Origin: Lysobacterales bacterium
Lineage (GTDB): Bacteria > Pseudomonadota > Gammaproteobacteria > Xanthomonadales > SZUA-5
Direction of reading: 5' to 3'
Length of the DNA: 58,156 nt
NCBI GenBank assembly: GCA_022844165.1
Contig: JALHMH010000031.1
Span: 1 to 58,156 of the forward strand
The notes under the pieces were generated by a model. The model was not told the DNA's origin and searched no databases. It worked only from the letters and a program-made list of their open reading frames with translations. Of the stretch, positions 30,668-44,400 are shown piece after piece. The position numbers were made by a program, and so were the translations under genes. The first letter of the stretch is position 1. Each line of letters starts with the position of its first letter.

Positions 30668-30939
30668 GGCGGAGTGTGTACGGTTTGGCGATCAGACCGC
30701 TAAATGTACCCGAAAAATGGGCGAAACTTTGCTTGAAACCGGTGCCATCGGTTCATGGCTGCTGTTGTGGGTCACTCTATAGCGCGACGCTGCGGAATCA
30801 GCTCGAATGGCAGAAGCAGTCAAGTCGCCCTGTTCCAAGCGGCTGCGAGAATGTTGGGCACACAAAAAAAGCGTCGCGCCATAGCGCGACCCACAGAAGC
30901 AAAGGGCATTATTGAGCGGTTTTTGACCCGGAAGCCGCC

Positions 30940-32409
30940 ATGAACCCGATTCTCATCACGTTCGCGCTCTACCTTGGCGGCATGCTGCTGATTGGCGTTG
31001 TGGCCTCGCGGCAAACCAAGAACCTTGACGACTACATATTAGGCGGACGAAGCTTGGGACCGGTGGTCACCGCGCTCGCGGCAGGTGCGTCGGACATGAG
31101 CGGCTGGTTGCTGATGGGTTTGCCGGGCGCGCTTTACGCCGCCGGGCTCATTGAGGGTTGGATTGCAATTGGCCTGATCCTGGGCGCCTGGGCCAACTGG
31201 CGATTTGTCGCCGCACCACTGCGTGCTTACACAGAACGCGCGCAAAACGCGCTGACACTGCCCGACTACTTCGCCGCACGGTTCCCAGAGCGCGGCCGCG
31301 CGCTACGCATCCTGGCGGCCGTCGTGATTCTGCTGTTCTTCGCCATTTATTCGGCTTCCGGCATGGTAGCCGGCGCAAGACTTTTCGAATCGACATTCGC
31401 CATGCCCTACTCCACCGCGTTGTGGGCCGGCGCCGCCGTCACCGTGCTGTACACGCTGCTCGGAGGCTTCTTGGCGGTGAGCTGGACCGACGCAGTGCAG
31501 GCCACGCTGATGATTCTGGCGTTGATCATCACGCCCATCGTGGTGATCTCCGTCGGCGGTGGTATCGATGTGTCGTTAGCGACGATGTCGGCAGCCAATC
31601 CGGCGCGCGTGGATGCCTTCGGCGGGCTAACAGTCATTGGATTCATCAGTCTGATGGGCTGGGGTTTGGGTTACGTGGGCCAGCCGCATATTCTGGCGCG
31701 CTTCATGGCCGCCGAATCAGTGACATCAATCACCGCCGCCCGGCGGATCAGCATGAGCTGGATGGTGGTTTGTCTGTTGGGTGCGATGACCTGCGGCTTT
31801 TTTGGCTATGCGTGGCTCAGTGCCCACCCAGAAGTCAAAGCCATCGTCGATGCAAATCCCGAGCGTGTCTTCATTGTCTTGGCGCAGCAGCTCTTCAATC
31901 CGTGGATCGCGGGTGTGCTGCTATCGGCCATATTGGCGGCGATCATGAGCACATTGAGCTGCCAGTTGCTGGTATGCGCCAGCGCGTTGGTCGAGGACTT
32001 CTACAAACCCTTTGTGCGCCCCGCCGCCAGCGGATCGGAATTGTTATGGATGGGTCGGATTGCGCTTCTGGTGGTAGCGGTGGTGGCCATCACACTGGCG
32101 ATGGCGCCTGAGAGCCGGGTTCTCAAACTGGTCAGTTACGCCTGGGCAGGATTTGGCGCAGCGTTCGGACCTGTCGTTGTGTTGTCGCTCTATTGGCGAC
32201 GCATGACTGGCGCCGGTGCGCTTGCGGGTATGTTCACCGGTGCGATCACAGTCTTGGTCTGGGGCCATTATCAGTTCTGGGGTCTATACGAAATGGTGCC
32301 TGGCGTGGCGCTGGCGAGCATCGCGATCGTCCTGGTTAGCCTTGCTACCGCACCGCAAGTCGAGAGCGAGAGACTCTTTGCGCGAGTCTGGAAAGAACTG
32401 GAACACTGA
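30940..32409 (+). CDS. putP: Sodium/proline symporter
   Basis: DDYILGGR, ASDMSGWLLMGLPG, GQPHILARFMA, YAWAGFGAAFGP. Confidence 0.95.
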   Translation: MNPILITFALYLGGMLLIGVVASRQTKNLDDYILGGRSLGPVVTALAAGASDMSGWLLMGLPGALYAAGLIEGWIAIGLILGAWANWRFVAAPLRAYTERAQNALTLPDYFAARFPERGRALRILAAVVILLFFAIYSASGMVAGARLFESTFAMPYSTALWAGAAVTVLYTLLGGFLAVSWTDAVQATLMILALIITPIVVISVGGGIDVSLATMSAANPARVDAFGGLTVIGFISLMGWGLGYVGQPHILARFMAAESVTSITAARRISMSWMVVCLLGAMTCGFFGYAWLSAHPEVKAIVDANPERVFIVLAQQLFNPWIAGVLLSAILAAIMSTLSCQLLVCASALVEDFYKPFVRPAASGSELLWMGRIALLVVAVVAITLAMAPESRVLKLVSYAWAGFGAAFGPVVVLSLYWRRMTGAGALAGMFTGAITVLVWGHYQFWGLYEMVPGVALASIAIVLVSLATAPQVESERLFARVWKELEH

Positions 32410-32424
32410 CTCATACGATACAAT

Positions 32425-32520
32425 CCCGCCTTGAAGCGGGGGTGCCAGGCGGGATGCCTGGCTGAGACAGTCCCTTCGAACCTGATCCGATTCGCATCGG
32501 CGTAGGGAGCTTCGATGGTT
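32425..32520 (+). promoter_or_regulatory. TPP riboswitch
   Basis: GGGGTGC...GCTGAGA...CCCTTCGAACCTGATCCG...CGGCGTAGGGA upstream of thiC. Confidence 0.95.
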
Positions 32521-32522
32521 GA

Positions 32523-34460
<1,938 letters not shown>

Positions 34461-34565
34461 GTCGATTGTTCCAGAGACGGACGCGGGAACATCGCCCGCG
34501 AACGCGCCAGGCAGGAACGGGTCGACTGGAATTCTTTGCCAGGCAGATGCCAGGGAAAAGCAATC

Positions 34566-34651
34566 TGGTGCCCGAGGCCGGACTCGAACCGGCACGGCTT
34601 GTGGCCGAGGGATTTTAAGTCCCTTGCGTCTACCGATTTCGCCACTCGGGC
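34566..34651 (-). tRNA. tRNA-Leu (TAA)
   Basis: GCCCGAGTGGCGAAATCGGTAGACGCAAGGGACTTAAAATCCC...GGTTCGAGTCCGGCCTCGGGCACCA. Confidence 0.96.
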
Positions 34652-34919
34652 TTGCAGTGATTCGAGCAAAAGCTAACGAGGCTTCGCCTCAGACCGACGA
34701 GCATTGCTGGCTTCGTCCGACAGCGTACTCGCCACAACCCCGCGCTCCGCATTTACGGCCCAGCGGCGCAGCCGCCGGGCGTTCGACCCGGCACACGCCT
34801 GCGACGTGTCAGCGCCGAATCTCACCCCCTTGACTCAAGGGGGCTTCAAAAGCCAAAGCCGCTTCGTAGAAAACTTGACTCATTTGTCGAGATCAGTCAC
34901 CGTCAAGGAGACTAGCGGA

Positions 34920-34993
34920 TGGAGGCCAGGGTCGGAATCGAACCGGCGTCCACGGCTTTGCAGGCCGCTGCATGACCACTCTGCCACCTGGCC
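34920..34993 (-). tRNA. tRNA-Cys (GCA)
   Basis: GGCCAGGTGGCAGAGTGGTCATGCAGCGGCCTGCAAAGCCG...GGTTCGATTCCGACCCTGGCCTCCA. Confidence 0.96.
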
Positions 34994-35058
34994 ATCCGCT
35001 AACACAGTGATCCGCAGTTGCGGATCGCCACACCAGGACTTTGAGTCCCTCAAAACAA

Positions 35059-35084
35059 CGAAACCTCGGTCACCCGAGGTTTCG
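35059..35084 (-). terminator. Terminator-like hairpin downstream of tRNA-Gly
   Basis: CGAAACCTCGG-TCAC-CCGAGGTTTCG followed by TTGTTTTG on the minus strand. Confidence 0.6.
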
Positions 35085-35092
35085 CCCTGAAC

Positions 35093-35168
<76 letters not shown>

Positions 35169-35355
35169 AAGAGCCGCGCAGCATAACTCGGCGAGCGACG
35201 ATGTCAACACCCTGCGCTTGCGCGAATGTCATCGATTCATATTTTGTCGAACGCTGGCCGTAGCCTCTCGGCAAATTCCGAGTTCCTCGGCGCAGGAAAG
35301 AAGGCACATGTTTGCTCAGCTGCCGCCGCTCATGGCGGGCAATGGGAGAAGGCAA

Positions 35356-36045
35356 ATGTCGAAACTCATGGCGGAATTTCTAGGGACTTTTTGGTTGGTC
35401 TTGGGCGGTTGCGGCAGCGCGGTCCTCGCCGCTTCGTTTCCAGATGTCGGCATCGGACTCGTCGGTGTATCTCTCGCTTTTGGCCTCACTGTCTTGACGA
35501 TGGCGTACACCTTCGGTCCCATTTCAGGCTGTCATTTGAACCCCGCAGTGTCCATCGGGTTATGGAGCGCAGGCCGCTTCGAGACCTCGCAGCTCTTTCC
35601 GTACATTCTTTCGCAGACTCTTGGCGCTGTCGCTGGCGCCGGGGTCCTGCTGGTCATCGCCAGTGGCAAAGCAGACTTCTCGCTCGCGGGTGGTTTCGCG
35701 TCCAACGGCTACGGCGCACACTCGCCCGGTGGCTACAGCCTGATCAGCGGCGCCGTGACTGAAGTTGTTATGACTTTTTTCTTCCTGACGATCATTCTTG
35801 GCGCGACGAGTCGGCGGGCACCAGCGGGTTTCGCGCCCATCGCAATTGGTCTGGCGCTCACACTCATTCACTTGATCAGCATTCCGGTCACAAATACATC
35901 GGTCAACCCCGCCCGAAGTACGGGTCCGGCGATTTTTTTGGGCGGATGGGCTTTGCAACAACTCTGGCTGTTCTGGGTCGCCCCCATCGTGGGAGCGCTG
36001 CTGGCTGGATTCGCGTGGAAGTCGTTCTTCGACAAAGACGCTTGA
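35356..36045 (+). CDS. aqpZ: Aquaporin Z
   Basis: [17 protein letters not shown]; two NPA motifs (HLNPAV, SVNPARS). Confidence 0.95.
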   Translation: MSKLMAEFLGTFWLVLGGCGSAVLAASFPDVGIGLVGVSLAFGLTVLTMAYTFGPISGCHLNPAVSIGLWSAGRFETSQLFPYILSQTLGAVAGAGVLLVIASGKADFSLAGGFASNGYGAHSPGGYSLISGAVTEVVMTFFFLTIILGATSRRAPAGFAPIAIGLALTLIHLISIPVTNTSVNPARSTGPAIFLGGWALQQLWLFWVAPIVGALLAGFAWKSFFDKDA

Positions 36046-36181
36046 GCATCTGACAAGGGCCAGGGCGAACCCGTTTCGCTCTGGCGGCCCGAGATAGTGC
36101 CACGACGCACGCCTGTCACAAGCGAACTTGATAGTCTGCGATCCTCACGGCCAACGGCCGGAAACCTGCGTCAGGCGAAAC

Positions 36182-36847
36182 ATGCTCATTGGTGAGGACA
36201 TGCTGCTGATGGCACTCGATGTCGAGTCGGGCCGGATGTTGCCCGGCCTGGACCAGGTGAACTCCGCGACTTTTCTTGCTGCTTGTCTGGTTGCTGAACT
36301 GGCGGTGCAAAAACAAATTGGCTGGACACCGCAGGGTGTCCATGTCGTCGATGAACTTCCCAATTTCCACCCGCTGATCGACACGGCGTTAAAAGCGATC
36401 AAGTCGCACGGCGTGCAGCCGACCGCGGAGATGATCAAGCTGACTCGCCGAGCGACCAAGCCCATCGTGGAGCAGCACTTCGAAAGTCTGGTTGCGCGTG
36501 GACTGCTACACGAGCCGAGCCTGAGGCGCTTCTGGTTGTTCGGCCCGAGGCGCTATCCGGTTCGCTCGATGCGAGCTCGTAGCGAGGCGCTTGGGCATCT
36601 GCGCGAGGCTGCGATCGGCGAACGCACATCCATGCGCAGTGTCGCGCTCTTGATGCTCGCCAACAGCATCGGTGTCAGCCAAAAGCTGCTCGAAGAAGCC
36701 GAGGGCAACGAGGCCACAGCCCGAGCCAGCTCGCTCAGCGACGAGGTTCGCGCCGATCTCGCCGCGGCAACCGATTGGGACGAAAATGCCAGCGCCATTG
36801 CCATGCTGGTCAGCATCAGCGAACAGCTGCCGCAGTTGTTGAGATAA
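36182..36847 (+). CDS. GPP34/GOLPH3-like protein
   Basis: MLIGEDMLLMALD..SG, LAACLVAEL, PLID, LVARGLL, F...RYP patterns. Confidence 0.7.
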   Translation: MLIGEDMLLMALDVESGRMLPGLDQVNSATFLAACLVAELAVQKQIGWTPQGVHVVDELPNFHPLIDTALKAIKSHGVQPTAEMIKLTRRATKPIVEQHFESLVARGLLHEPSLRRFWLFGPRRYPVRSMRARSEALGHLREAAIGERTSMRSVALLMLANSIGVSQKLLEEAEGNEATARASSLSDEVRADLAAATDWDENASAIAMLVSISEQLPQLLR

Positions 36848-36878
36848 GCGCGGCGCGGGAAAAGCCATCGTGTGCTGG

Positions 36879-37292
36879 TCACTGCGAGCGCAACGTCGCC
36901 ACCTTTGCGGCTTGCTGCGTTTGATACCAGGGAAACAACGCGAACGCGATTTGCCCGAAGAGCCCCAGCTGGTGTTCTCGTTGCGCGTACAACAACAGAT
37001 GTTCGACGAAGCTGCGATCCAACATCAGCATCGATACAAGCGACTCAGCCACCAGCAACAGCGTGAACGCAACCCCACCCATCACCGCCGCCGCGCACGC
37101 CGTCTTTGGCGAGCCCCTGAGAATTCGTGCGCAGACGAACCACGAAAACCACAGAATCACCGGTAGCTCAATGAGCACTGCAACGAGCGAGCCGACCTTC
37201 GGAGCCACGATCAAAGTGCGCAAGATGCCGAGCACAAAACCCGCGACAAAAACGCCGACAAAATAGAACGTGCCTGAGGTGACCGCACTCAT
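36879..37292 (-). CDS. Hypothetical membrane protein
   Basis: Four hydrophobic segments; GFVLGILR...ELPVIL. Confidence 0.65.
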   Translation of the reverse strand: MSAVTSGTFYFVGVFVAGFVLGILRTLIVAPKVGSLVAVLIELPVILWFSWFVCARILRGSPKTACAAAVMGGVAFTLLLVAESLVSMLMLDRSFVEHLLLYAQREHQLGLFGQIAFALFPWYQTQQAAKVATLRSQ

Positions 37293-37304
37293 CGTTCACT
37301 CGCG

Positions 37305-38489
37305 TCAAAGGTCGTTGACAAAAGCCACCAGGTCATCGCGCTCGCTTTGATTCGCCCAGCGAAACTTCTCGCGCGCCGGTAGCCCTTCCCCACCATGCCA
37401 CAGAATCGCCTCCGCGACGCCGTCAGCCCGCCCGTCATGCAATAGCTGTTGATGACCGTTCACGGCGCGAATCAAGCCAAGGCCCCAGAGCGGCGCCGTG
37501 CGCCACTCCCGGGCGTATTCGATGTGGCTCATTTGCGGGTCCGAGAGTGCTGCTCCCAAGTCGTGAACGAGCAGATCGGTATAGGCGAAGAACGTCTGGT
37601 TCGCGAGCCAGTCCGGCTGCGCGTCGGCAACAGTCCGCAGCATCGGTCGGTGACACGCCGCACAGCCGAAGTCACCGAACAAAGCTGATCCTCTGGCGAC
37701 TGCCGCCGACGTTGGCGAACGGCGCGGCGGCACACCGAGGAAAGCGAGATAGCGCGTCAACCGATCGACATCGCGAGGACCCATTTCCGGCTCGCCGCCA
37801 TGCGTGGCTGCCGCGCAACCGGCCTGAGCCGACGTACAGTTTTGCCGCGGGAATTCATCTGTCGAAATCCCGATGTCCTCAATGGCTGCCGCCACGACCT
37901 GACCGCGCAATGCGGCCACCTGCGACTTCCATCCAAACTTGCCCAGGTTGCCATTCGTCCAAATCGCCCGGCCGCTGATGCCATCACTGTTGCGATCCGA
38001 AGGGTCAGCCCAGGCGACAACCATCGCCGCATCGACATTCTCAATCAGCCCTAACCCAAAGACCGCTGGCGCAACCCGCGGCGCCAGGCGCACGTCGCTC
38101 GGCAATTCGCCATACGCGAGGCGATCCACACCAAACACCGGCCGTTTCAAGACCACCGTGCTCCCGTCGCCCATGCGCACCTCTACCGGTTCCCAACGAA
38201 CGACCAGTTTCGCTTCAGGTGTCACATTGGCGATTGCCTGATCCTGCATTTGCCGGCCATAGGCGTGAAGCGGGGTGCCGTCGGCGTGGTGCCAACGCAG
38301 CACCATGCTGCTCGACTCTCGATCGGGTACGCGCCCTCGCCCATCGCGCACATGGCAACCCGAGCACGAATTGCGGTTGAACAATGGGCCCAGGCCGTCG
38401 AAGGCCGCGGCCGACGCCGGCGCAGGCACCCATTGGGTGTTGAACAGCCGGTTGCCATAGTTAAACTCACGCAACTCCGGCGCTGAGCG
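37305..38489 (-). pseudogene. Di-heme oxidoreductase (DUF1111-like), 5' end missing
   Basis: DGLGPLFN..SCSGCH..DGRG, GCAACH, TDLLVHD, EWRTAPLWG, LLHDGRA; no signal peptide, and an in-frame stop at 38490-38492. Confidence 0.8.
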
Positions 38490-41400
38490 TCAGCGGGCGC
38501 ATCACCGATGTCAGCAACGGCACGCCGGTGGGCGGCGCAATTATCGCTGTAGCAGGTACCGCGATCACGGCGCAGAGCGATGCAACCGGTCACTATCAGC
38601 TTTCCGGCATCGCAAACGTTCCGTTTTCGCTGAACATCACCGCATCGGGTTATCAGTCGCTGACCTTTACTAACCCATCAACGGCGCATGGCAGCTTCAC
38701 CATGAACGTGGCGATGACCCGCCTGGCCGGAGGCAGTTTCGCGCTGGAAGGGCTGACGATTTCTTCGCCAGAAATCGACCCTTATACCGAAGTCGGCGTG
38801 CTCGGAACGGTGCGCAACACCGGCACCAGCGAGGCAGGGCTGATCTTCAACGCCATCATTTACAACACGCAGCAACAGGTTGTTCGCGATGTTCCGGCTG
38901 TGGTTGTTGGCGCCCATATGCAGCCCAGCGAGGCGATACTCCCGATGGCTGCTGGCGCGACACGCGCAGTTACGATCGCCTGGGGCATACAGAGCGATCC
39001 TCCGGGGACTTATCAGGTTCGTTTCCGTGGCCTAACGCCCAGTGGTCAAGTCGCGGTCGAAGGCAATACCAACTACAGCGTTCGCGCGGTGCGTCGCTTG
39101 GGCGGTGGCATCGACGCCGATCCGCCGTTGTTGCAGGCGGGCCTTGGGCAATCGGTTGCGGTAACGGCCAAGCTTGGAAGTCTAGGCAATCTTCAGATCG
39201 GCGCCGGGTCTGTGGAGCTGACCGCAACTTTGGTCAGGGCCGATACCCGCCCGCCGTTCCCGACCGTTCCAGAAGTCGGCGCGCCAGTCGTTCAGGGCGC
39301 TCCGCTAGCGCAACCGGTCGACGCTACAAGCGATTCGGCAGGCAATGTCTATGTCGTCAATCGATTCAACCGCGAGTTGATCCGAATTGCGCCGGGAGGA
39401 TCGACCTCCACTTTGCGCGCTCTCTCTGGGTTCTTCAACGGCACCACCACGGGAATGGGCGAGCCGAGGAAATTGGCCATGCACCCAGACGGTCGGTTGC
39501 GGGTTCTTTGGACTGGCGACTACATCAGTGCCATCGAACTTACACCGCCTTACTCGCAAACGGACTCGACGCCCAACTTAGGTGGCGGCGTAAGCGCCTA
39601 TGACATCGACAATCAAGGTAACGAGTACTTCGCCGGTTTCATCGCAGGCAAGTACCAGCTGATCAAACGCTCGTCTGCGGGCAACGTGAGCACGCTCGCC
39701 GAATCCAGTTTTAACCGCGTTGCGCAAGCAGCAGTTGGTGCGAACCAAAATGTCTTCGTCGCCGACGAGTCCGGCATTTTTAGTGTTGACCCATCGACGG
39801 GACGAACGACACGTTTACTCGGTGGGATGCAGCCAAGCGGAATTCTGGCGCTCTCAAATGGCGATCTGCTCATTGCAGAGAAGAGCCTCAATCGCATCCG
39901 GCGATTCAGCAATGGTACCTTGACGACATTTGCGTCTCTGCCGTCGCCAGAGCGCCTGTCGCTTGGTCTCGATGGCAACGTCTATGTGTTGCAGAGCGCC
40001 GCGTCGCGGATTAGTCGTGTCGATACTAACGGCGCCGTTGCTGTGTTCGCCTCGGCATTGATCGACAGCCCGACTGCGCTGAGCTTTGATGATCAACAAC
40101 GACTTCTGGCGCTGAATGCCAAAGAACTCCGCCGGCGCAACGCTGACGGTTCGATTCACACGTTGGCGACCGGATTTAGCGCTGGCGCTGCACTTGCGCC
40201 TGCTGCGGACGGCACTATTTTTGTTGGCGACATTGGTTCCGTCAAACGCGTGACATCGCAAGGAGTGGAGACACTTGCGAGCCTGACAGGAAGCTCTGTT
40301 CGCGCCTTGACAGTCAGCGCGAGCGGCGAGGCGGTGGTGGCACACAGTGGCTCCCGATCAGAAGGGCTTCTCCGCCTCAACGGCGGCAATTTTGCATCGA
40401 TCATTGAGATACCGTCGGCTTTGAATGACCTTGGTTTTGTCGATGGTCGACCTGTACTGAACGACGGCGACCAGTTGTTTGAAATTGGCAATCGACTGAC
40501 ATTGCTGGGTAGCAGCTACGGGACTTCGGGCGAGCTTCTGGGCAGTTCGCGAAACGACCTTTACTTGCGCGTCGTTTCCGGCAGCGCCGGGCAAACTGGA
40601 CTGTTCAAGGTCTCCGCCGATGGATCGCGCGCCCTGATGTCGACTAACACCACCAATTGGTACGGGCGGGCTGCGATTGACAACAACGAGCACGCAATTT
40701 TCGGCCGCACCGATCGCGGCGTGTACCGATTGAATTTGGCGACGAACGAATCGCAACTACTGGTCACGATGCCGGGTGCTGAATTCCCATGGCGAATTGC
40801 TGTCGACGATACAAATCGAGTATTCGTTGAATCCAACTCCCAAAAGCTCTACCGAATCGATGGCGCGTCCTTGGTCTTGATCGAAGGCGGTGCGCAGGGA
40901 TTGATCAGCCGGCCCGGCGCGAAACCCTGGTGGCGATCAACGCTGCAATTGAGGACTCTGGGCGCGAACGATGCGATCGAAAATGTGGGGGCGCTGGAAA
41001 CGCATGCCGATCTTTGGGCGCCGAGCCACGATGGAAAGCTGGCCCAAATCACAGGTACCCGACGCTTTCGGCTGCGTGAGCCATCGGGCGCAGCAACATA
41101 CGATTTGCCCCTCCCCGGCAACATCGTTTCCGTCGCGACACTTGCGCAGGACTCTGTCGTAGCGGATGTCCAGGGGCGCATCCATCGTATCGCAGCGGAT
41201 GGCTCGATAACGCGGGTTGGACCAGACACCTATACCAGAGCGCGCAAAGTGTCGGTTAATCAGGGGAGACTGTTCGCCCTCCACTCGGATGGCGTCTACG
41301 AAATCACCAATGGTTCGCCCGTGTTCCGCTGGAGCCAATCGAGTTGGGGCAACGACCATAGGTTGTTCGACGTTAGCGGTCAGCTGATCGCTGCGTCGGA

Positions 41401-44400
41401 TTCGTTTACGGGCGAAATCATCGTATCGAACGACAATCATGTCGTCGCAAGTCTGGTTCCGCTGTCGATCATGACCATGTTCGCGCCACAATCCGACGGC
41501 CGATGGTTAGCGGCAAGCAGTAACCGCCTGGTGCAGATCGCAGCGGATGGCCTGAGCTCCCGCGTCATTTACTCTTCCAGTTCCATCAGCCTCGCGGACT
41601 TGCAACGAACGCCAACGGGAGACGTGCTGGCGCTGGACAGCGGCTTGTCGCTGTACCGCGTTAGTAGCGATCTGAACTTCGTCGCCATCGCAACGCGACC
41701 TGAGACTTTCGGCTTGAACTTCCCCTGTTTGGCGATTGGGCCGGAGGGTTCGACCTACGTCGCGGGATCGGGAGGACAAGTACTGCAGCGCGAAGGACAG
41801 TACCTACGTCGGCGCGCCGGAGGCATGGTTTCGGTCAGCGACATCGACGTTGACTCCGGCGGCCTTGTGTACTTGACAGACTCCACGTCCGGTTCGCTGG
41901 GTGTGATCGATGAAATCGGTTACCGGCGTCTGGCGTCGGGTTTTTCGGCGCCATTCAGTCTCACGCTACATTCGGACAGCGAGATTCTAATCGGCACGGA
42001 TCAAGATATCGTGGTGAGCGATGCAGAGGGACGCTGGTCGCGCCGGTTACTCACTACCCAGATGCGCGGAGTCGCCAGGAGCGGCAGCCTGTCGGCACTC
42101 GCGATTGACGCAGCGAACAGAGCGATACCCATCGCACTCGGACAACCCTCACTTCCCGTACCTGAGGGAACCGTTGTCTATCGTCGTACCCTGCCGCACG
42201 GGCCCTATGGAGCAAGCAATACCGAACTGATCGACTTTGGCTCCTTTGTGCCTCCAGTTGGGGGGGACTACGAGATCACTGCGCGTTCCACCCAAACAGA
42301 CGTGATCGGCCAAGCCACCACGGGATTGCATGTAGGGCCCAACACCGTTGCACACATGAACGCCGAACCGTCTCGCACGGTACCCGGAGACCGAACCGTT
42401 CGCGTCGGAACTCAAATCGAGGGCGGCGACTTCTCATCGATCTCGCGGGTCGATATCAGCCTGCTGCAACTGGCGATTCCCGAGTCCATCAATCCTCTGG
42501 CACTCGGCGCCGATGCTTCCGGGGCGCTGTGGTTCCAAAGTACGTCCGGGCTTTGCCGCGTTCCCCCCGGAAGTACTGCGTCCACGACTGTTGTGCCTGG
42601 ACAAACGTTGAATCGCGGCGAGGTGCCGGTTGACAGCCAGCAGCGAATCTACTTCGCAAAACGAGGCACGCAAGTCGCAACAACACAAATTATGCGCGTC
42701 AATACCGATCTCTCGAACGAACCGTTCGTTACCGTGACTGGTACCGTCGTGAGCATGACCATCGACCCTCTCGATCAGTTGTTTGTGCTGCTGGATGGAA
42801 AGATCCAGCGGATCGCTGCAAACGGTTCCATCAGCGACTTCATGACGATCCCGGCTGGCACACCTTTCGGCATCACGCGCGACGGAGCAGGTAATTTTTA
42901 CGTACTGATGCGGCAGAACATCATCTACAAGATCGACCCGCTCAGAAATTTGACGACGATTGTCTCGGATGCAACCTTCGAGTATGAAAATTTCAATATC
43001 GCAGGAACCTGCGCAGAAGGGCTGTTTTTTACCCCGTTCACCTACAACCGACTGGGTCAAAGCGGTGAGGAATACACGATTGCCCAAGTGCTCAGCAGCG
43101 GCGAGATTGGCGCGGTTTTCAATGGCTACGCCGTTTCCGAGAAGCTCACTGATATCGATCTGATTACCTACGATCGATTCCGCAGCAGACTTCTGATGTT
43201 TACGCACGATGCAGTGACTTTTCGCACTTTTTCGATTCCTGTGACCTGCGGTGCCATCGATGTCGCGCTGCACGTGGTTCTGCCTGCCGGCCAGGCCTAC
43301 TCGAATGCTTCGCCCGCCCCAACGCAGACGATTGAACTCAGTAATGGCGACAAGGAGCTGGTTTTTGAACTGCGCGATGTGAATCGCCAGGGCGTTTCCA
43401 TCGACTTCGATACCGTGCTGTCGAATTTGATGCGCGGCGAATCGCGAGCCGTTGCCAAAGCAGCGACACTGGTATTTCGCAACACTTTTATAGCAGAGCC
43501 AGTGCGACTAACGGTTCAGGTGCCGCGCGTCGATGTGGAAGATCTAATCGACATAGAGGTGTCGACGGATCGAACCGCGTACCCGCAAAACACGGCAGTG
43601 AATATCGATTTGTGGCTGCGCAACGAGCAATCGTTGGCAGCGAGCGGTCGCCTCGTGGTGAGCGTTGTGGACGCTGGCGGCGCATTGGTGGAACGTCTGA
43701 TCGATCGAACCGAACAACTCGATGCCAGCGAGGCGCGCGAACTCGATCCGCCCTTCACCACCGGATCGCGCCGTGCCGGCGAGTACCGCGTACTGGCACA
43801 GATGTTTGCCGATGACGGAGTGTTGGTGGCCGAGCACAGCTCAGCTTTTGCGATCACCGCAGGGGCCGGAACGCCGGCGCTGACGTCAACGGTCGCAACC
43901 GATCGCACGCAGTATGTGCCGACAGCAACCGCGCTGATTGCAGCCCAGTTGACCAATCCAAATACCAATCAGGCGTTCAAAAATTTGACCGTACGCGAAA
44001 CGGTGCTCAAGCCAGACGGCAGCACGTTGCAGGTGCTGACGCGCGCGGTGCCGAATCTGGAACCCAACACAGACGTGCGCCTGGACTTCGAATTGCCGCT
44101 CAGCAATGCCGCCACGGGGCGATACGAAGTCCGTCAACAAGTGCTCGACAGCGCCGGCTCGGTCCTGAGTGCACCGACGACAAGCTTCGATGTCATTGCG
44201 CAACAAGGTAACGATGCGCTTTCGGGCTCGCTTGCCGTAGCACCCCAATCCGTACCGCGTCCGCAGCCAACCCAACTGACCGCAACCGTGCGCAACCGCG
44301 GCAGTGCGGCGCTCAGCGAAGTGCCACTCGCGCTGCAAATCCTCAACCCGTCGCAAGGCAATGCGCTGCTGCGCGAGTTCTCCTTCACACGCAATATCGC

